Source: Dicyema japonicum
Lineage: Eukaryota > Animalia > Dicyemida
DNA: 64,000 nt
NCBI GenBank assembly: GCA_011109175.1
Contig: RDEW01000003.1
Coordinates: 1,751,546 to 1,815,545 of the forward strand
Reading direction: 5' to 3'
Both the position numbers and the translations under genes were made by a program. This document shows positions 1 to 12,469 of this stretch, piece after piece (within the stretch, counting starts at the first letter, position 1; the number at the start of each line of letters is the position of its first letter). Below the pieces are notes generated by a model. The model ran no database searches. It saw nothing but the letters and a program-made list of their open reading frames with translations, and was not told where the DNA came from.

Positions 1-1122
1 CTTTTATGCTCTGACAGATCCTTTTATTCAGTTGTCTGAGGGCTGTCAAAGACTTCATGTCCAACAGATGGCATCTCTTCAGCCGGTCTCTTTGTTTTAT
101 AAGACTTATTGTATAAGAGCTGAGGGTAGGAATAAACTTCTTGTATGACGATATAGGAATAAAAATATGGTCAGCTTTCTGAATGGCAGCGCTGATAATT
201 TCTGCGGCCTCATCAATAGAGCGTATTGGGGAGGATAATCTCCGAGCCAAGAATTTATCCACAAGGTTACTGAAACCAGACAAGTCAACCTTCGTATAAT
301 CCTTGAATCTTTTTGATTCCGCCGGTCGTCTCCTGTATCGTCGAAGACCTCTCAGTTTTAGAAGGATTGGATTGTGGTCACTGGAGAAGCCGTAAAAGAC
401 GTTCCAGGAAATGAGTCCAGCCAGAAAAGGTGAGCATAGTGTTAAGTCGGGGGATGTGCAGCTATCAGTCATCCTTAATGGGGTCCTCGTATGTGAGTTA
501 GGGTTGTTCAGTATAATCAGGTCAGGAAGATAATTTGCAATGAGTTCTCCTCGGTTATCGGAGGATTGGGAAGTGAGCCAAACTGGATGTCGTGCATTAA
601 GATCCCCACATAACAGTAGGTTTTTTAATGTTGAAAAATCAGGGGTGTAAGATGACGGACACGATCCTTGTGGAGGAATATATAAATTAGCCAAATGGAT
701 CCAAAAGGACGGGAATAACTCGATTTTGACAGTAATCTGTTCCAAAGTCTTGTCGGAGCCAAGAAGCTCTGAGGTTTGTTGAGTTGTATCCATAAAAGGA
801 ATATCGTTCTTTATAATAGTAAGTAGTCCTTCTCCGCGTCCTCCCTGACGATCTTTACGGATCACTGTGTATCCGGGAAAACTTCCTGATCCCATTCGTA
901 TTCAGTTGTATAATTGTAAAACCTCTTCATGGACCAGGATTGGTTTCGACGTCCCCACATTGAAGAATCAAAAGTCTGGATAAATGGGGACACCAGACAG
1001 GGTCGAAGACACAGAAGATGAGAGGACCACCGGACGGTGGTGAGAAGCTGTTGGCTCTTTTCGTTTCATTTTGGAATGGGTGACACCGTTTCTGGTGAGC
1101 CACATGACACCAAGCTAACATT
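1..1122 (-). mobile_element. Ingi/Vingi-like LINE family A, 5' half (structured head, 2A peptide, APE, linker); cut by window edge
   Basis: Near-identical to 25664-26850. Encodes LLILQCGDVETNPGP (927-971) and APE motifs (LIQE, YIPP, GDLN), with a 5' pseudoknot at 1052-1112. Confidence 0.9.
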
Positions 1123-1124
1123 AT

Positions 1125-2665
1125 TTAGAAGCCTCTGAATTAACCGTCGTTGTACAGTCTTGATAGTGTAGCCCGTGCCTGAGGTCCAAGGTGTTTGAAG
1201 TGAATAATGCAAATACCGTCGGGACAAAAAGCACGAGTGGGATGTAGCAATTTAATAGCTTTGTCAACATCATGGGGGGTGAAGAAGGTGGAATACGGTT
1301 CTTGTTACGGTCGGCGCCGTTCAACAAGTGAGAACGAGAAAAATCTATATGGCTGATAGTACTTTATAATTTTGTTTGCAAGTTTGCGTGCGGGTTCCGA
1401 AGCGTTGCGGGTGACGGCCTCAGTTCCGCGGTTCTCCATTGATAAGGTTATCGATCCTTCTTAGCGTTTTCCAAAATGTGGCACAAGAGTTTTTGTGACA
1501 TAGTCGTCCAACTAGGCGGCTCCGTTTGAGTTTGTTGTTAGTTCGGATAAGCTCAGATAATTTGGTATTCAGTGAACGTATGGAGTAGAATGAGTTATGT
1601 GTTCTTTTCCTCTTCAGCGCATCTCGTTTCTTGATTACACAATTTGAGATGATAATCTTGGATTGAACTTCTTGTAAGAGGCGACAGGTATAAATAGTTT
1701 ATCAGCTTTCAAAATGATAGCAGACAGAATTTTGGCCGTCTTCTCTACTGTACAATTAACCATAGTAAGGTCAAGGAGACTATTGTCCACATACGTCCTG
1801 AAACCTTGTCAGTCAGTTTTCAAGTAATTTTTGAACTTTGTAGAACATCACTGTGAACAAATAGAATACATCCAGCCATAGAAGGAGAGCATAGGGACAG
1901 GTCAGAGGATGTTGGACCGTCCCTTCTGAGGGACGGGGTCCTTGTGTGAGCGTCCGGGTCATTGAGGATAGTCAGATCGTTAAGTAAGGAAAGGGTATAC
2001 TAGCCGCAACTGTCGGGTGATTGTGTCCGGAGCCAGAGTGGATGTTGGCATTTAGGTCTCCGCACAGTAGCAGATCCTTTAGTCCACACAGTCTCAATAG
2101 GTTGGGGATGTAGGAAGTAGTACATGACCCCTGAGGCGGGATATAGACATTACATAGTGTAAAACATCTCGTTGAAGAAAAGGGAACTTCAATAGAAATC
2201 TGTTCCGGAATAAGATCTCCTTCGCAGAAAAAAAATACAGAAGAGGTGACATCCGTGAATTTAAGTCCATCCTTAACGATAGTCAATAGACCTCCTCCGA
2301 GACTTCTTGTTCGGTCCTTGAGAAGTACACAATATCCAGGAAAACAAGGTGTTGGGAACTTTATAGAGAGCTTCGATTCTTGGATGAGGGCAATGTCCAC
2401 TCTCAAATGGGATAAGAGGGATCGTAGTTCCAGCACTTTATTGCGGATTCCATTTACATTTAATTGTAGAATAGTCAGTGTGCAGTTGGGTCCCGGATTA
2501 GGTTCTACATCATAGACAGAAGTAGTAAAGAGAAAACGGGGGAGTTGGTAAACCACCCTTCTGAAGATCGCAGTAAGGTAGGGAAAGTCGAACGGTTTTC
2601 TTATATGCAGAACTTGCACTGAGCACCACTACAACAACAGGTGAACCGCATGACGGCATGTTACT
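1125..2665 (-). mobile_element. Ingi/Vingi-like LINE family B, degenerate (head, 2A, APE, linker, RT start)
   Basis: ORF 1972-2619 has YDVEPNPGP followed by ILQLNVNG, ALIQES, GGGLL, YIPP and GDLNA. The RT N-terminus (DVDKAIK..PDGI..HFKHLGP) near 1150-1280 is truncated by the family A copy. Confidence 0.85.
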
Positions 2666-2689
2666 TAAATTATCTCATTTGTTTAAATG

Positions 2690-3230
2690 AAAATATTCAA
2701 TTACTAAATTAAAAATGTCCTGGCCACACGTTTTCTCTGTAAACGGTTTGCAGAAAAGATATTGTTCAATTATGTTCCCAATGTATTCAATTCGAATAGA
2801 AACTAATAACTGAGCAATTCCCCCAATATCAGTAGATTCATCTATTTGAAGTGAAAAATACTTTTCTTACAGGCAGTCAAAAAATATTATTTTCAATATC
2901 TTCCGACATATTAGCTATTCGTCTAGAAACGGTGTTATCCGTGAATGGAATTTTAGATATTTGCTTCTCAAAACTATCACCGAATAAAGTGCAATCAATT
3001 CGGTCATTTATGCTGTAAGGGATTGATGATAGCATTCGAGACAGGTGCCTGGTTGTCATAATAATTTTTCTTTTGTGTATGGATTTACATAGTGACAGAT
3101 ATGGTATATGCTTGGGAGAGGAACTCATTTCAATTGGAAACCAATTGGAAGGATTTTTGATTTCCAATTAACATGATCATCCAGTAATTTTTCTGACCGC
3201 GATTTTTTGGATTTTTAGGTGCAAAAAGGC
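2690..3230 (-). mobile_element. hAT (Buster/Charlie-type) transposase remnant
   Basis: Encodes KIPFTDNTVSRRIANMSEDIE and DESTDI..AQLLVSIR..EQYLFCKP, both typical Buster/ZBED5-like motifs; frameshifted. Confidence 0.75.
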
Positions 3231-3254
3231 CCAGTGCCAGATTTAAAATTAATT

Positions 3255-3410
3255 TAATGCCGTGTGACTCACCTACGTGGTGGGATCACTAACATGAAGT
3301 GTTGGAAAAGAGTCGCAAACTCCTTATCCCGCAACCATGGACGCGCGGATGGTGTCGGATCCTGCTCCTTTCCTGTGGAGATGGCGATAACAATCCTGAA
3401 CCAGATCTAG
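3255..3410 (+). mobile_element. Solo LINE 5' head: pseudoknot plus degenerate 2A-like peptide
   Basis: Pairings TGACTC/GAGTCG, ACC/GGT and CTAACA/TGTTGG, followed by RILLLSCGDGDNNPEP. No APE follows. Confidence 0.65.
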
Positions 3411-3702
3411 TCATATTATAAAATTATATTTAATTATTTAAAATAATAATTAAAACATTCCTATCTAAAAAATAAAAAGTTTAAGAAAACTTAATTAAAT
3501 TGATAATTTGGACGGTATCTTCTGGATACAAGTGATTAAATGTAATTTCCCAAGTTCAACTGAACGATTAAAAGTATAATGATTAATTGTTTTCTGCTTT
3601 CCATTAATTGAATATTGTTCATCTTATAGATTCTTATACAATTTAAACTAACCATTTATTATAAATAATAGTCGTTTATTATAAGTAGTTTGTATTGGGG
3701 GA

Positions 3703-6700
3703 ATGTTGACTATTTTAATAAATTTTTATTTGATAACTAACGCGGACATAAAACTCGTATTTTTACTTCCACTGAATGGATCGAATCCGATTGGAAGAAG
3801 TTATGTTGGGGCAATTAACGCGTCAATTACAGACATAAAAAACCAGTTTCCCTCGAAAAATATAACGTTTCAATATTTTGCTTATAAAATTAGTTATAGA
3901 ATAATTAATACAGAATGTTCCCCCGATTTAGCATTAAGTCATCTTGGGGACATGGTAGTCAATAAAACGTTCATTCCATCCGCTATAATCGGGTCCGGCT
4001 GTGAAGAAGTCTGTTTTCTATTCAGCCACATGTCCACCTGGTGGAATATACCGATAGTGTCCTCCTCCTGCAAAAGTGATGACCTTTACAGAGTACGAGT
4101 TTAGTAATTTCAAGTCAAACCACAAATTCGTAAACTCTGCTGTCTACTTCAACTCATATATCCCCAAATTCATAATTGTGCTAAATAGTTTTAACTGGAA
4201 TAACATTGGAGTTATTTTTATGACCGGGGGGATATGGTCAGAAACCTACGTTACCTTAAAGTACTAGTTATTTGAATATCAAGGATGGCCTTATTTTACA
4301 ATAAAATCAACATTTTGGTCACTTCTTCTATCGACAGTGACATGATAAACAACTCATCGTTGGTTCACCAAATTGTCGCCGATGTAACCAAGAAATCGAG
4401 AGGTTTTCGGTTTTAAATATAACAATAGTAATATTGATCCTCGCCCCAGAAAGTTTTGTCTTTTTTGCGTGCATTTCAGCAAAAAATAACGATAAATTTG
4501 ACGGAGACTTTGCATATCTGACTTTCGATTTCCAGATTGGTGAGTTAACTCGTTAACCGTAGAAAAACTGACTGATATTGAAATGAAAATGTCAAAAACA
4601 CTGAAATCCTCGCCAAACACTCCTCAGGATGTCGTAAAGGGTCTATTGAACATCGGACCTACTGTAGTGAGAAGCAGTTCGTTCAATTCGTTCTATCAGA
4701 ATGTCATGCTGAAGACGAAATCCCAACCTTACAACTATAACGAGTCCATCGTAAATATTTATGTTATTGTAGAATTCATTCGAGTCCCTTAATGTCTACC
4801 AAGTCGTCTACCTCCTGATGATGGCATTCAACAACACCAATTTGAACCAAATTAGCCAAAACTATCTGTTCAACTTCCTCAAAGGAAAAAAATACAGTAA
4901 ATTCCAGATAAATGTAGATATCCTTAATAACCACATATCCTTCGATTCCATGAGCGGAAAGGCCACAAAAGATTTTTTCCTTAAAAATTTCAATGGGTGG
5001 TTGAGGACACTATTTACATGATTGACCAAGTTAGACAAAAATTGGTAAAGAATTCGTCCAATCAGCTGATATTTTCGTCTTCTGGCCATAATCAAATACC
5101 TCTCGACATTCCTACGTGTGGTTTCAGCAACACCGAGTGCAACTTAAAACCAGGTTTAGCACCCAACTGACCCAATTATAGAAATATTGGTTTCGATAAT
5201 ATTTGGAACGGTCTTTTTGCTGATTATATTGGGCGTAAGTATACTTTTACTACTTCGGAGGTATTCTTATTTTTATTCTGAGGGTGACCCGTCTCAAAAA
5301 GAGTAATTTGATCCAGGACTATATTTTACCCTTCGATGAAATAAAATTTACAAACGAGGTAGTCAAAATATTTACTTGTAGAGTATGGGCAAGTCATTTA
5401 TCATGAGTACGACGTCCCTAAAGACAAAAAGTGAAGAAAATGCAACTGAGAAAAAATCTACAAATGTTTCATTAGGAATATTCAAGGCACAGGACCTTAA
5501 ATATTAATTTTAGCAAAGATTAGTGTTCGTCAAGAAAATACGGAAATCTTTTTTAGTGATGACGAAGGAGATCCACGCCGAGTTGAAAACAGTCATTTAC
5601 TAAGTAATTTGTTAGATGAAGCAAATTGTGAATGATAACCTCACTACTTTCATTGGAGCATGCACTGAGTCCCCCAATATTTGTGCTATATGGGAATACT
5701 GCAGTAAAGGAAGTCTCGAAGTTATAGGAGTTAATTTATAATAGGAAATCATTAAAAAGGATAATGTTAACCTCACGACAGATATTATCCTCTCTCTCAT
5801 TACTGATATAACGAATGTATGTCTGATCTTGTTTACTTGAGGGTATGGAATATTTGACAGAAAAATTTGGGTCTCATGGAAATTTAGTGTCAAAAAACTG
5901 TGTCATAAACAGCAGATGGGTGTGTAAAATTACCAATTTCGGGTTGTACTACTTGAGAGCCAACGAATCGATGAAAGAAGACGAAGATTCCGAATCCTAC
6001 TATAAATGTATTACCCTGGGGGTAATTAATAGCACTGTTATGGATAAGTCCTGAACTTTTGAGGAGCGAAAACATACCATTTTACGGTACAAGTAAAGGT
6101 GACGTGTACTCGCTTGGAATAATAATTTCTGAACTTGTCACAAGAAAAGTTCCTTATGCGGGTCATACCTTGCATGCTAAGGGTCAGAGCTTCTTACTAA
6201 ATGGTAGATATCATTGACCACATAAAAATGGGGAGTTACCCCTATGTTCGTCCTAAAATAGAAAAAGGAACGTGCTCAGATTCTCTTAGGGTTTTGATGA
6301 GTGACTGCTGGTCTGAATATGCCGGTCTAAGACCAAGTTGGGAGAGAATTCGTCAAACTGTGATTGCCATAAATGGGGGAAAGTATTTAACCGTTATTCA
6401 AGCTAGGACTTTAAACCTTATGGATAGTATGCTAGAAATGATGGAATCTTACGCAAGCAACCTAGAGGAATCAATCCAAGAGAGGACAAATGAATTGGAG
6501 GAAGAAAAGCGAAAAATAGATTTACTTTTGCAGCAGATGTTACCAAAGTACAATACACACATTCTTTGAATAGATCGGTAGTTGATGCCTTAAAGAAAAA
6601 TGAAGAAATCGCCCCCCAATGCTACGATATGGTTACGATATATTTTTCCGACATTGTTGGATTCACAAACTTGGCCTCTGCCGCGTCTCCCTTCGCAGTG

Positions 6701-7340
6701 GTTGACCTTCTCAATGATTTATACACAACGTTCGATTCGATTATAGATAATCACGATGTTTATAAAGTGAGATTTTTAACATAAAAATAGGTAGAGACGA
6801 TTGGTGACGCCTACATGGTGGCAAGCGGATTACCTGATCTAAATGAAGACCGTCATGCAACAGCGATATGCGACATGGCCCTGGATATCATGGCATCTTT
6901 AGTCACGTTTAAAATAAGGCACTTACCGGAAAAACAATTACAGTTGAGAATCGGAATTCATTCAGGTTGTGGACTATCGTGTCATTTAATAGGCCCTTGT
7001 GTTGCTGGAATTGTAGGATCAAAGATGCCGAGATATTGCCTATTTGGGGATACTGTCAATACAGCTAGCCGATTTGAGTCAACCAGTCACGGTTTAAATA
7101 TAATCTTATTAAGCATTGAGAATACATCTGAGTCCTGAAACTAAAAAAATTCTAGACACATTCGGGGGATATCATACGGAAGAAAGAGGAGAAGTTACAA
7201 TGAAGGTTTTAAGAAATTCATCAATTTAAAAGGGAAAGGGTACATTTAACACATATTGGTTAATTGGAAAAGATAATTATGACAAGAAATTGCCAGATTT
7301 AAGTAGGGCTGCCCCACTACACGAACACGAATTTAAATAA
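3703..7340 (+). CDS. Receptor (transmembrane) guanylyl cyclase, natriuretic-peptide-receptor-like; multi-exon
   Basis: Signal-like N-terminus; ligand-binding domain motifs IIGSGC and WNIPIVS; [26 protein letters not shown]; kinase-homology motifs [16 protein letters not shown] and [10 protein letters not shown]; coiled coil; cyclase motifs [40 protein letters not shown]. Many 22-27 nt GT-AG introns; TAA stop at 7338-7340. Confidence 0.93.
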
Positions 7341-7441
7341 TTTAATTAACAAATATTACCAATAATTATGATCTAATAAAAAATAAAACTTATATAAATC
7401 GTTTAAAAACATAAAAAACTGTTTATATGATCATTTAAATT

Positions 7442-8400
7442 TAGCGTAGCGTCATGTGGCTCACCAGATGCAACAATTCTAGAGGCGATCAAAATGCTCC
7501 TAAAGCATTTCCAAAAAGAGCCATTAGCTCTCTTCCACCGGGGGTACATGTCGCCCCGGTCGACGGATTACTGGTCTGGCTACAGCTTCTCGGAATTGCA
7601 ACCTACACAAGTCAAAGGACCGGATCTCCGTTATATAACTGAATGTGAACGGAATAAAAGGAAAAATTATTGAATTTAAAACTATGATTGTTACACTTAA
7701 AGCTGACATCATGCTCATCCAAGAATCGAAGCTATCAGCAAAAGATACTACGCCCTCTTTCCGGATGAACATAATACGTGTCGATCGCACTAAGAAACGT
7801 GGAGGAGGACTACTTACATTAATCAGAAAAGGCATAAAGTATGAGGACCATACACTCGAAGTGAAGAAACTTTTGGGGAGTGATGAAATCACGGAGACAA
7901 TGGGAATATCTGTTGTCACAACAAAAGGAAGACTATATTTTGTAAACATGTATATTCCGCCTCCGGGCTCATGTCCGAAACATTACACTATGCCAGATGT
8001 ATCAGCACTGGAGATTTGGAACGTGATATGCGGCGATTTGAATGCTAAACACCCTCTCTGGCTCTTAAATAAGTCTGCAGATACAATAGAAATTTGCTGT
8101 TGATGCAGTCTGGCAATCTGACAATCATCAATGACCCATCAAAAAAACACAAGAACACCTAAAAGGAACTCTGTGCAGGCAGTGCAACTCTCAACAATAC
8201 ACAGCCACGACGTGTCTTATAAGAAGGGTATACATCACCCTCTCTAATTTTTATTCCCGAAACCATCACAGAGAAGTTGTGTTAAATCCCAGAAAGCGCA
8301 CGAGGAGAAAATGAGAATTCTGATTGAGGCCTTGGAGATCACTTAATTAATTTAGTAATTAAATTAACTATTGGTGTTCTTGGGTTAATAATAATAGTAA
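7442..8400 (+). mobile_element. Ingi/Vingi-like family C, internally deleted copy 1
   Basis: Head at 7447-7523. APE (LNVNG, LIQES, GGGLL, YIPP, GDLNA) is joined to a C-terminus HEEKMRILIEALEIT* and a short 3' tail. Confidence 0.8.
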
Positions 8401-8739
8401 ATGTTTCATAGATTTTCCGACATTATTGTTTCAGGTTGTTATAATACCATATTTTGCATGAATAATTAAGGCCAGACATCCATTGGATTTGAAAAAAATT
8501 GGTATTATTACTAAATAAAATAATTAGAGTGAGGAAAATGTTATAAAATGCAAAAAATCGTTGGGGTTCCACGTACGGACAGTGACAAACATTTATCCTC
8601 TTTTCTTTCCTAAATAAATTTATTAATAAAAAATAACCCTTCCCCGAAAATTGCATTTATGGCAAAAATTGCCCTAATTATGATTGTTAGTGCTAAGCTT
8701 ACCAAATACGTATGCCTGAGGTTAATAAATAAATAAGTA

Positions 8740-9344
8740 CAGTAAAGTCTCTAGAATTCGTTGATAAAAAAAAATTTGGCTATCCATCCATGATTTTTTT
8801 GAATTAGAATATGTGACAAGCCACCAATTTTTTCCTCTGAAATCAGTGATCCCTCGTTTCGATGCAAATGTTTTGGCTTTCTCTAATTTCATCTTTCAAA
8901 GTGGCTCCTTTAACATCCATTGAATTAACCCATGAAATCTTATAATAATAGATTTCACTAAACTTTAAATATTATTTGCGAGAAATGTCAGATCGTAAGT
9001 TATTCAACATATTTTAAAATCCTCGTTTACTTCTAATATCACCAATAGATCTACGAGAATTAGGTGCATTATATTTTTTGGAAAAAAATTTTCCGAAATT
9101 TTTATCGAAGGTAATTCAATACTCGATTCAATAAACTTTAAAATGGCAATTTTTGTTTGTTTTTTAATTGTGTACAGCTACGTTTCATAAAAACAACAAT
9201 AAACAATGACAACGTTTTAATTAATTATTTACCTATAAAATTATTTAAAATTAAGAGACATGCGGATTCGAGAAATTTTGTTAGAAAAAATGGCGGATTA
9301 GAGAATCTATTAGTTATAATTGGCGGATTCCAGAGACTTTACTG
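8740..9344 (-). mobile_element. pogo/Tigger-like internally deleted DNA transposon (MITE)
   Basis: TIRs CAGTAAAGTCTCTAGAATTCG and CGGATTCCAGAGACTTTACTG, flanked by TA on both sides; internal HGWIAKF HTH remnant. Confidence 0.8.
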
Positions 9345-9899
9345 TACTCTCTTTCCATTTATCTCATGGACTGATTCCAAGAAGATCACTTAAATAGTTC
9401 TGGGTTTTTAACAGTGATCTTGGATAAATAAGTCAAATCGCGGATTTACAAATCTGAACGGCTCAGTACTAACAGTTTCGGACATAATTTGGATGCTTCC
9501 ACTTCCACTGGTGACCATTCCGATTGAAGGTTCCATTTTCACTGTCTTTTGGCCTGACGAACGACACCATTATCAGTGATATGTTATTTTAAAGGTTTAT
9601 TGTCTACAGGGGTTCGCACACAACTAAGAAGAAAAGAAGTTAATAAAATTCCTGATGCCTTGGCTTCCTTCCTACGATTAATTAGCTCAACTATTGTTTC
9701 CTTTTTAAAAATAGCGTGTCTTTTCCCTATATGGAGGTAGGTTTACGTAGTAAAAATATTACTACTCTACGAAAGAGGTATCAAATCGTGTTTTGGATTA
9801 ACTAACAATATATTTAATTACCATTTATTAAGCTCCAATTGTTAATCGGCATAATTTATGCGCGGTAGTTATCGAGGTTCTTAATGAACGACTTCTTAT

Positions 9900-10160
9900 A
9901 AAAGGAAAGATAGAGTCTTATACCAGCAACCACACATAACTGAACAGATCGAAAGACTCTTGGTATTTCCTTTAGTCTTCACCTTTTATGCGGTGGATAG
10001 TACTTTAAATGAAGTCCCAATTATGTTAGAAGATAAGGAGACGATACATATGGAGTCTCATACTAGTACCTTTCTTTCCTCGAATGGAAAAGTTGTAATT
10101 CCATCCTGTCGTTTTCCATCTCCCCAAGGTCAGCGGGTCCTACCATGGAGGGGTTAACAG
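9900..10160 (-). mobile_element. CRE-like RLE retrotransposon remnant
   Basis: Minus strand reads DGKRQDGITTFPFEERKVLV*D, matching DGKRPDGLTVFPFTEGKSLVWD of the 52.5-55.6 kb copy. Confidence 0.65.
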
Positions 10161-10734
10161 ACTCCAATGCACGTTTTACGTCGCCATTTAGTAAATCAAA
10201 AATATAATTATAAATTTCAAAAATACACAACCCGAAACAATACTATGAAAATCATTATATCCTCATAACTATCTTTAAACAAAACATGACATGCCTCCCC
10301 CATTTTTCGTTCTATAACAATAAAAACAGTAAATTTAGTGGTTTGTTTTTATGCAATCTAGAAATTTTAATAAAAAGGTTAAGATTGAAAACAATTAAAA
10401 GTCACAGGGAGAACATCATTGCAAGAAGACGAGTCCACCCAGAACCGCAGTCAAAAGGACCCATCTAATGAATGATCCATTAAAGGGAAAAACTAAATGA
10501 TTCTTGAAGGTGGAACAGAAGAAACTGAGAACAGCACAAAGAGTCTTCAACCAAGCAGCCAATTGGCGGAATCGAACCCAAAGAGGGCATGGCATACAAA
10601 TAAGCTAATTTAGCAAAATTGTGGTTAAATCTTCAAATTATCAAATTTGCGGTTAAAATTTGACCATTTTCTTATAATTGATATTGTAAACTATTAAGAA
10701 AACTTATACTCCATGAAACTCAGTGACTTTTACA

Positions 10735-10985
10735 GCTGATCTGCCATGAGAGCCAACACCAAATCCTAAGAGGCCTCAGTTGTTCCAATTTTGTAAGGAG
10801 GCGCCCAGTACCTGGCCAGCATCCAAAAATGATCTATCTCTTCCCATTCCAAAGGAGGGATACAATGGCGGATAAGGATGGACGTAATGCTGAGTCGAAG
10901 TGTGTTTCACCAGTTGGAAATAGATATACTGAGAGGTCTCCTCCGGTAAATCGGGGGCTATTAAATTGTAAAAAATTATTAAATA
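10735..10985 (+). mobile_element. Degenerate short head-plus-tail LINE derivative
   Basis: GGCGCCCAGTACC..AAAAATGATC..TCTTCCCATTCC..GAGGGA resembles 22525-22590; ends in CTCCGGTAAATCGGGGGCTATTAA, similar to the LINE tails. Confidence 0.45.
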
Positions 10986-11021
10986 AAAATCAAACCAAGA
11001 AACAAAAAATCAAATTTAAAT

Positions 11022-12373
11022 CTAATTTTCTAAAAAAATAGTCTTTGGGACTTCCCAAAGGTAATCATCATGTCCAAAGTGCCCATAACACGCCGTCTTC
11101 TTAAAAATTGGTTTCCTTAGTTGTAACTCCCTATTTGACTTGAATTATATTAAAATACCTAATAACTGCCCCTGGTCTCAAGTCAAAGTTCTGTTGATTA
11201 TCTCAACCAATTTAGACTCAGAGACGTGAGAAGAACCATAAGTAAAAACTGAGAGAGACGTCGGTTCAGCCACTCCAATAGCATAGGAGATCTATCATTA
11301 GAACTTTAAAAAACTTGAACAAGTACTCTCTTACAAAGACCAGCTTTAACCAGAGATTTAGCAACCCACCGAGCGGCATAAGCACCAGATCGATCAACTT
11401 TTGAAGAATCTTTCCCTGACATTGCACCACCTCCATGTGATCCCCATCCGCCATAAGCATCCACTATTATTTTACGTCCAGTCAAGCCAGCATCTGCCTA
11501 CAAAGTTACACTACCATCAAACTTGAGGTCCACCAACAATAAAAGACCCAGAAGGTTGTAAATACATAACAAGCTTATCAGTGATGTATTTCCCAGGGAT
11601 AACAGACAATACTATATCACGAAGGTGAGATCTAATAAAGTCTAGCTCTACATCAGGACTATGCTGGACAGAGAGGACAACACTATGAACCCAAAGAGGC
11701 ACGACTCCCCCATCTTTGCACTCATATTCAATCGTAACCTTAAAAATAAAATTATTACAAACCTGACTCTTACAATCAGGCCTAATCCAGTTGTGCTTCC
11801 CAGATCGTCTTCTATCGGCAACTTCCTTGACAATAGCATGTGCCAGGTTGCATGTTAAGGGCATGCAATTTTCAGTTTCATCAGTAGCATACCCGAACAT
11901 TAACCCCTACACATTTTATCAAAAAACACCTGATCACCGGCGCCTATTTGTTCAAGCATCTCGTCAGGTGACTCTTCGTGAAAAACTCCCTTATGAATCT
12001 CAGGACTCTGATCCTCTATAGCAAGTTGAACATTGCAGGTGTCGTATGTTAAACCTGTGTCTGGAGAGTCATAACCAATTTCCTTCAATGTCTCTCGGAT
12101 GACTTTAAAGTAATTAATCTTAGCTGATGAGGTGACCTCTCCAAATACCATAACCATTCCAGTCTTAGCAATACATTCTAAATTTACATAAGAATTTAAG
12201 AACCGCAAGCGACCTGAGAATTTGGATCTACAGAAAGAAAAGCATCAAGAATAGAATCGCTAATTATGTCACAAAGTTTATCTATTAAAATATTAAATAA
12301 TACCAGGGTGTCCTTCACCAACTGATTCGGATGTGAAAAGAAAACGAGTTCCATTAGGGCTAGTTGAATCCAT
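11022..12373 (-). CDS. MAT: S-adenosylmethionine synthetase (methionine adenosyltransferase); 8 exons
   Basis: Motifs [74 protein letters not shown]. Seven GT-AG introns of 22, 26, 23, 24, 25, 23 and 28 nt restore one frame. Confidence 0.97.
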
Positions 12374-12469
12374 TTGTAATTTAAAACACGTTTAATGTTA
12401 GCACGTTAAAAAAAAATTTATTAAATAATTTGAATTTTTTAAATTTATTAAATCACAACAATGAAATAT

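Noticed and set aside
7630-7650. TAA read as Gln (ciliate-type code), since TAA replaces the Q of QLN in two copies
   Set aside because: Host genes end in TAA/TAG and their exons need no TAA/TAG read-through; a shared TE lesion explains it.
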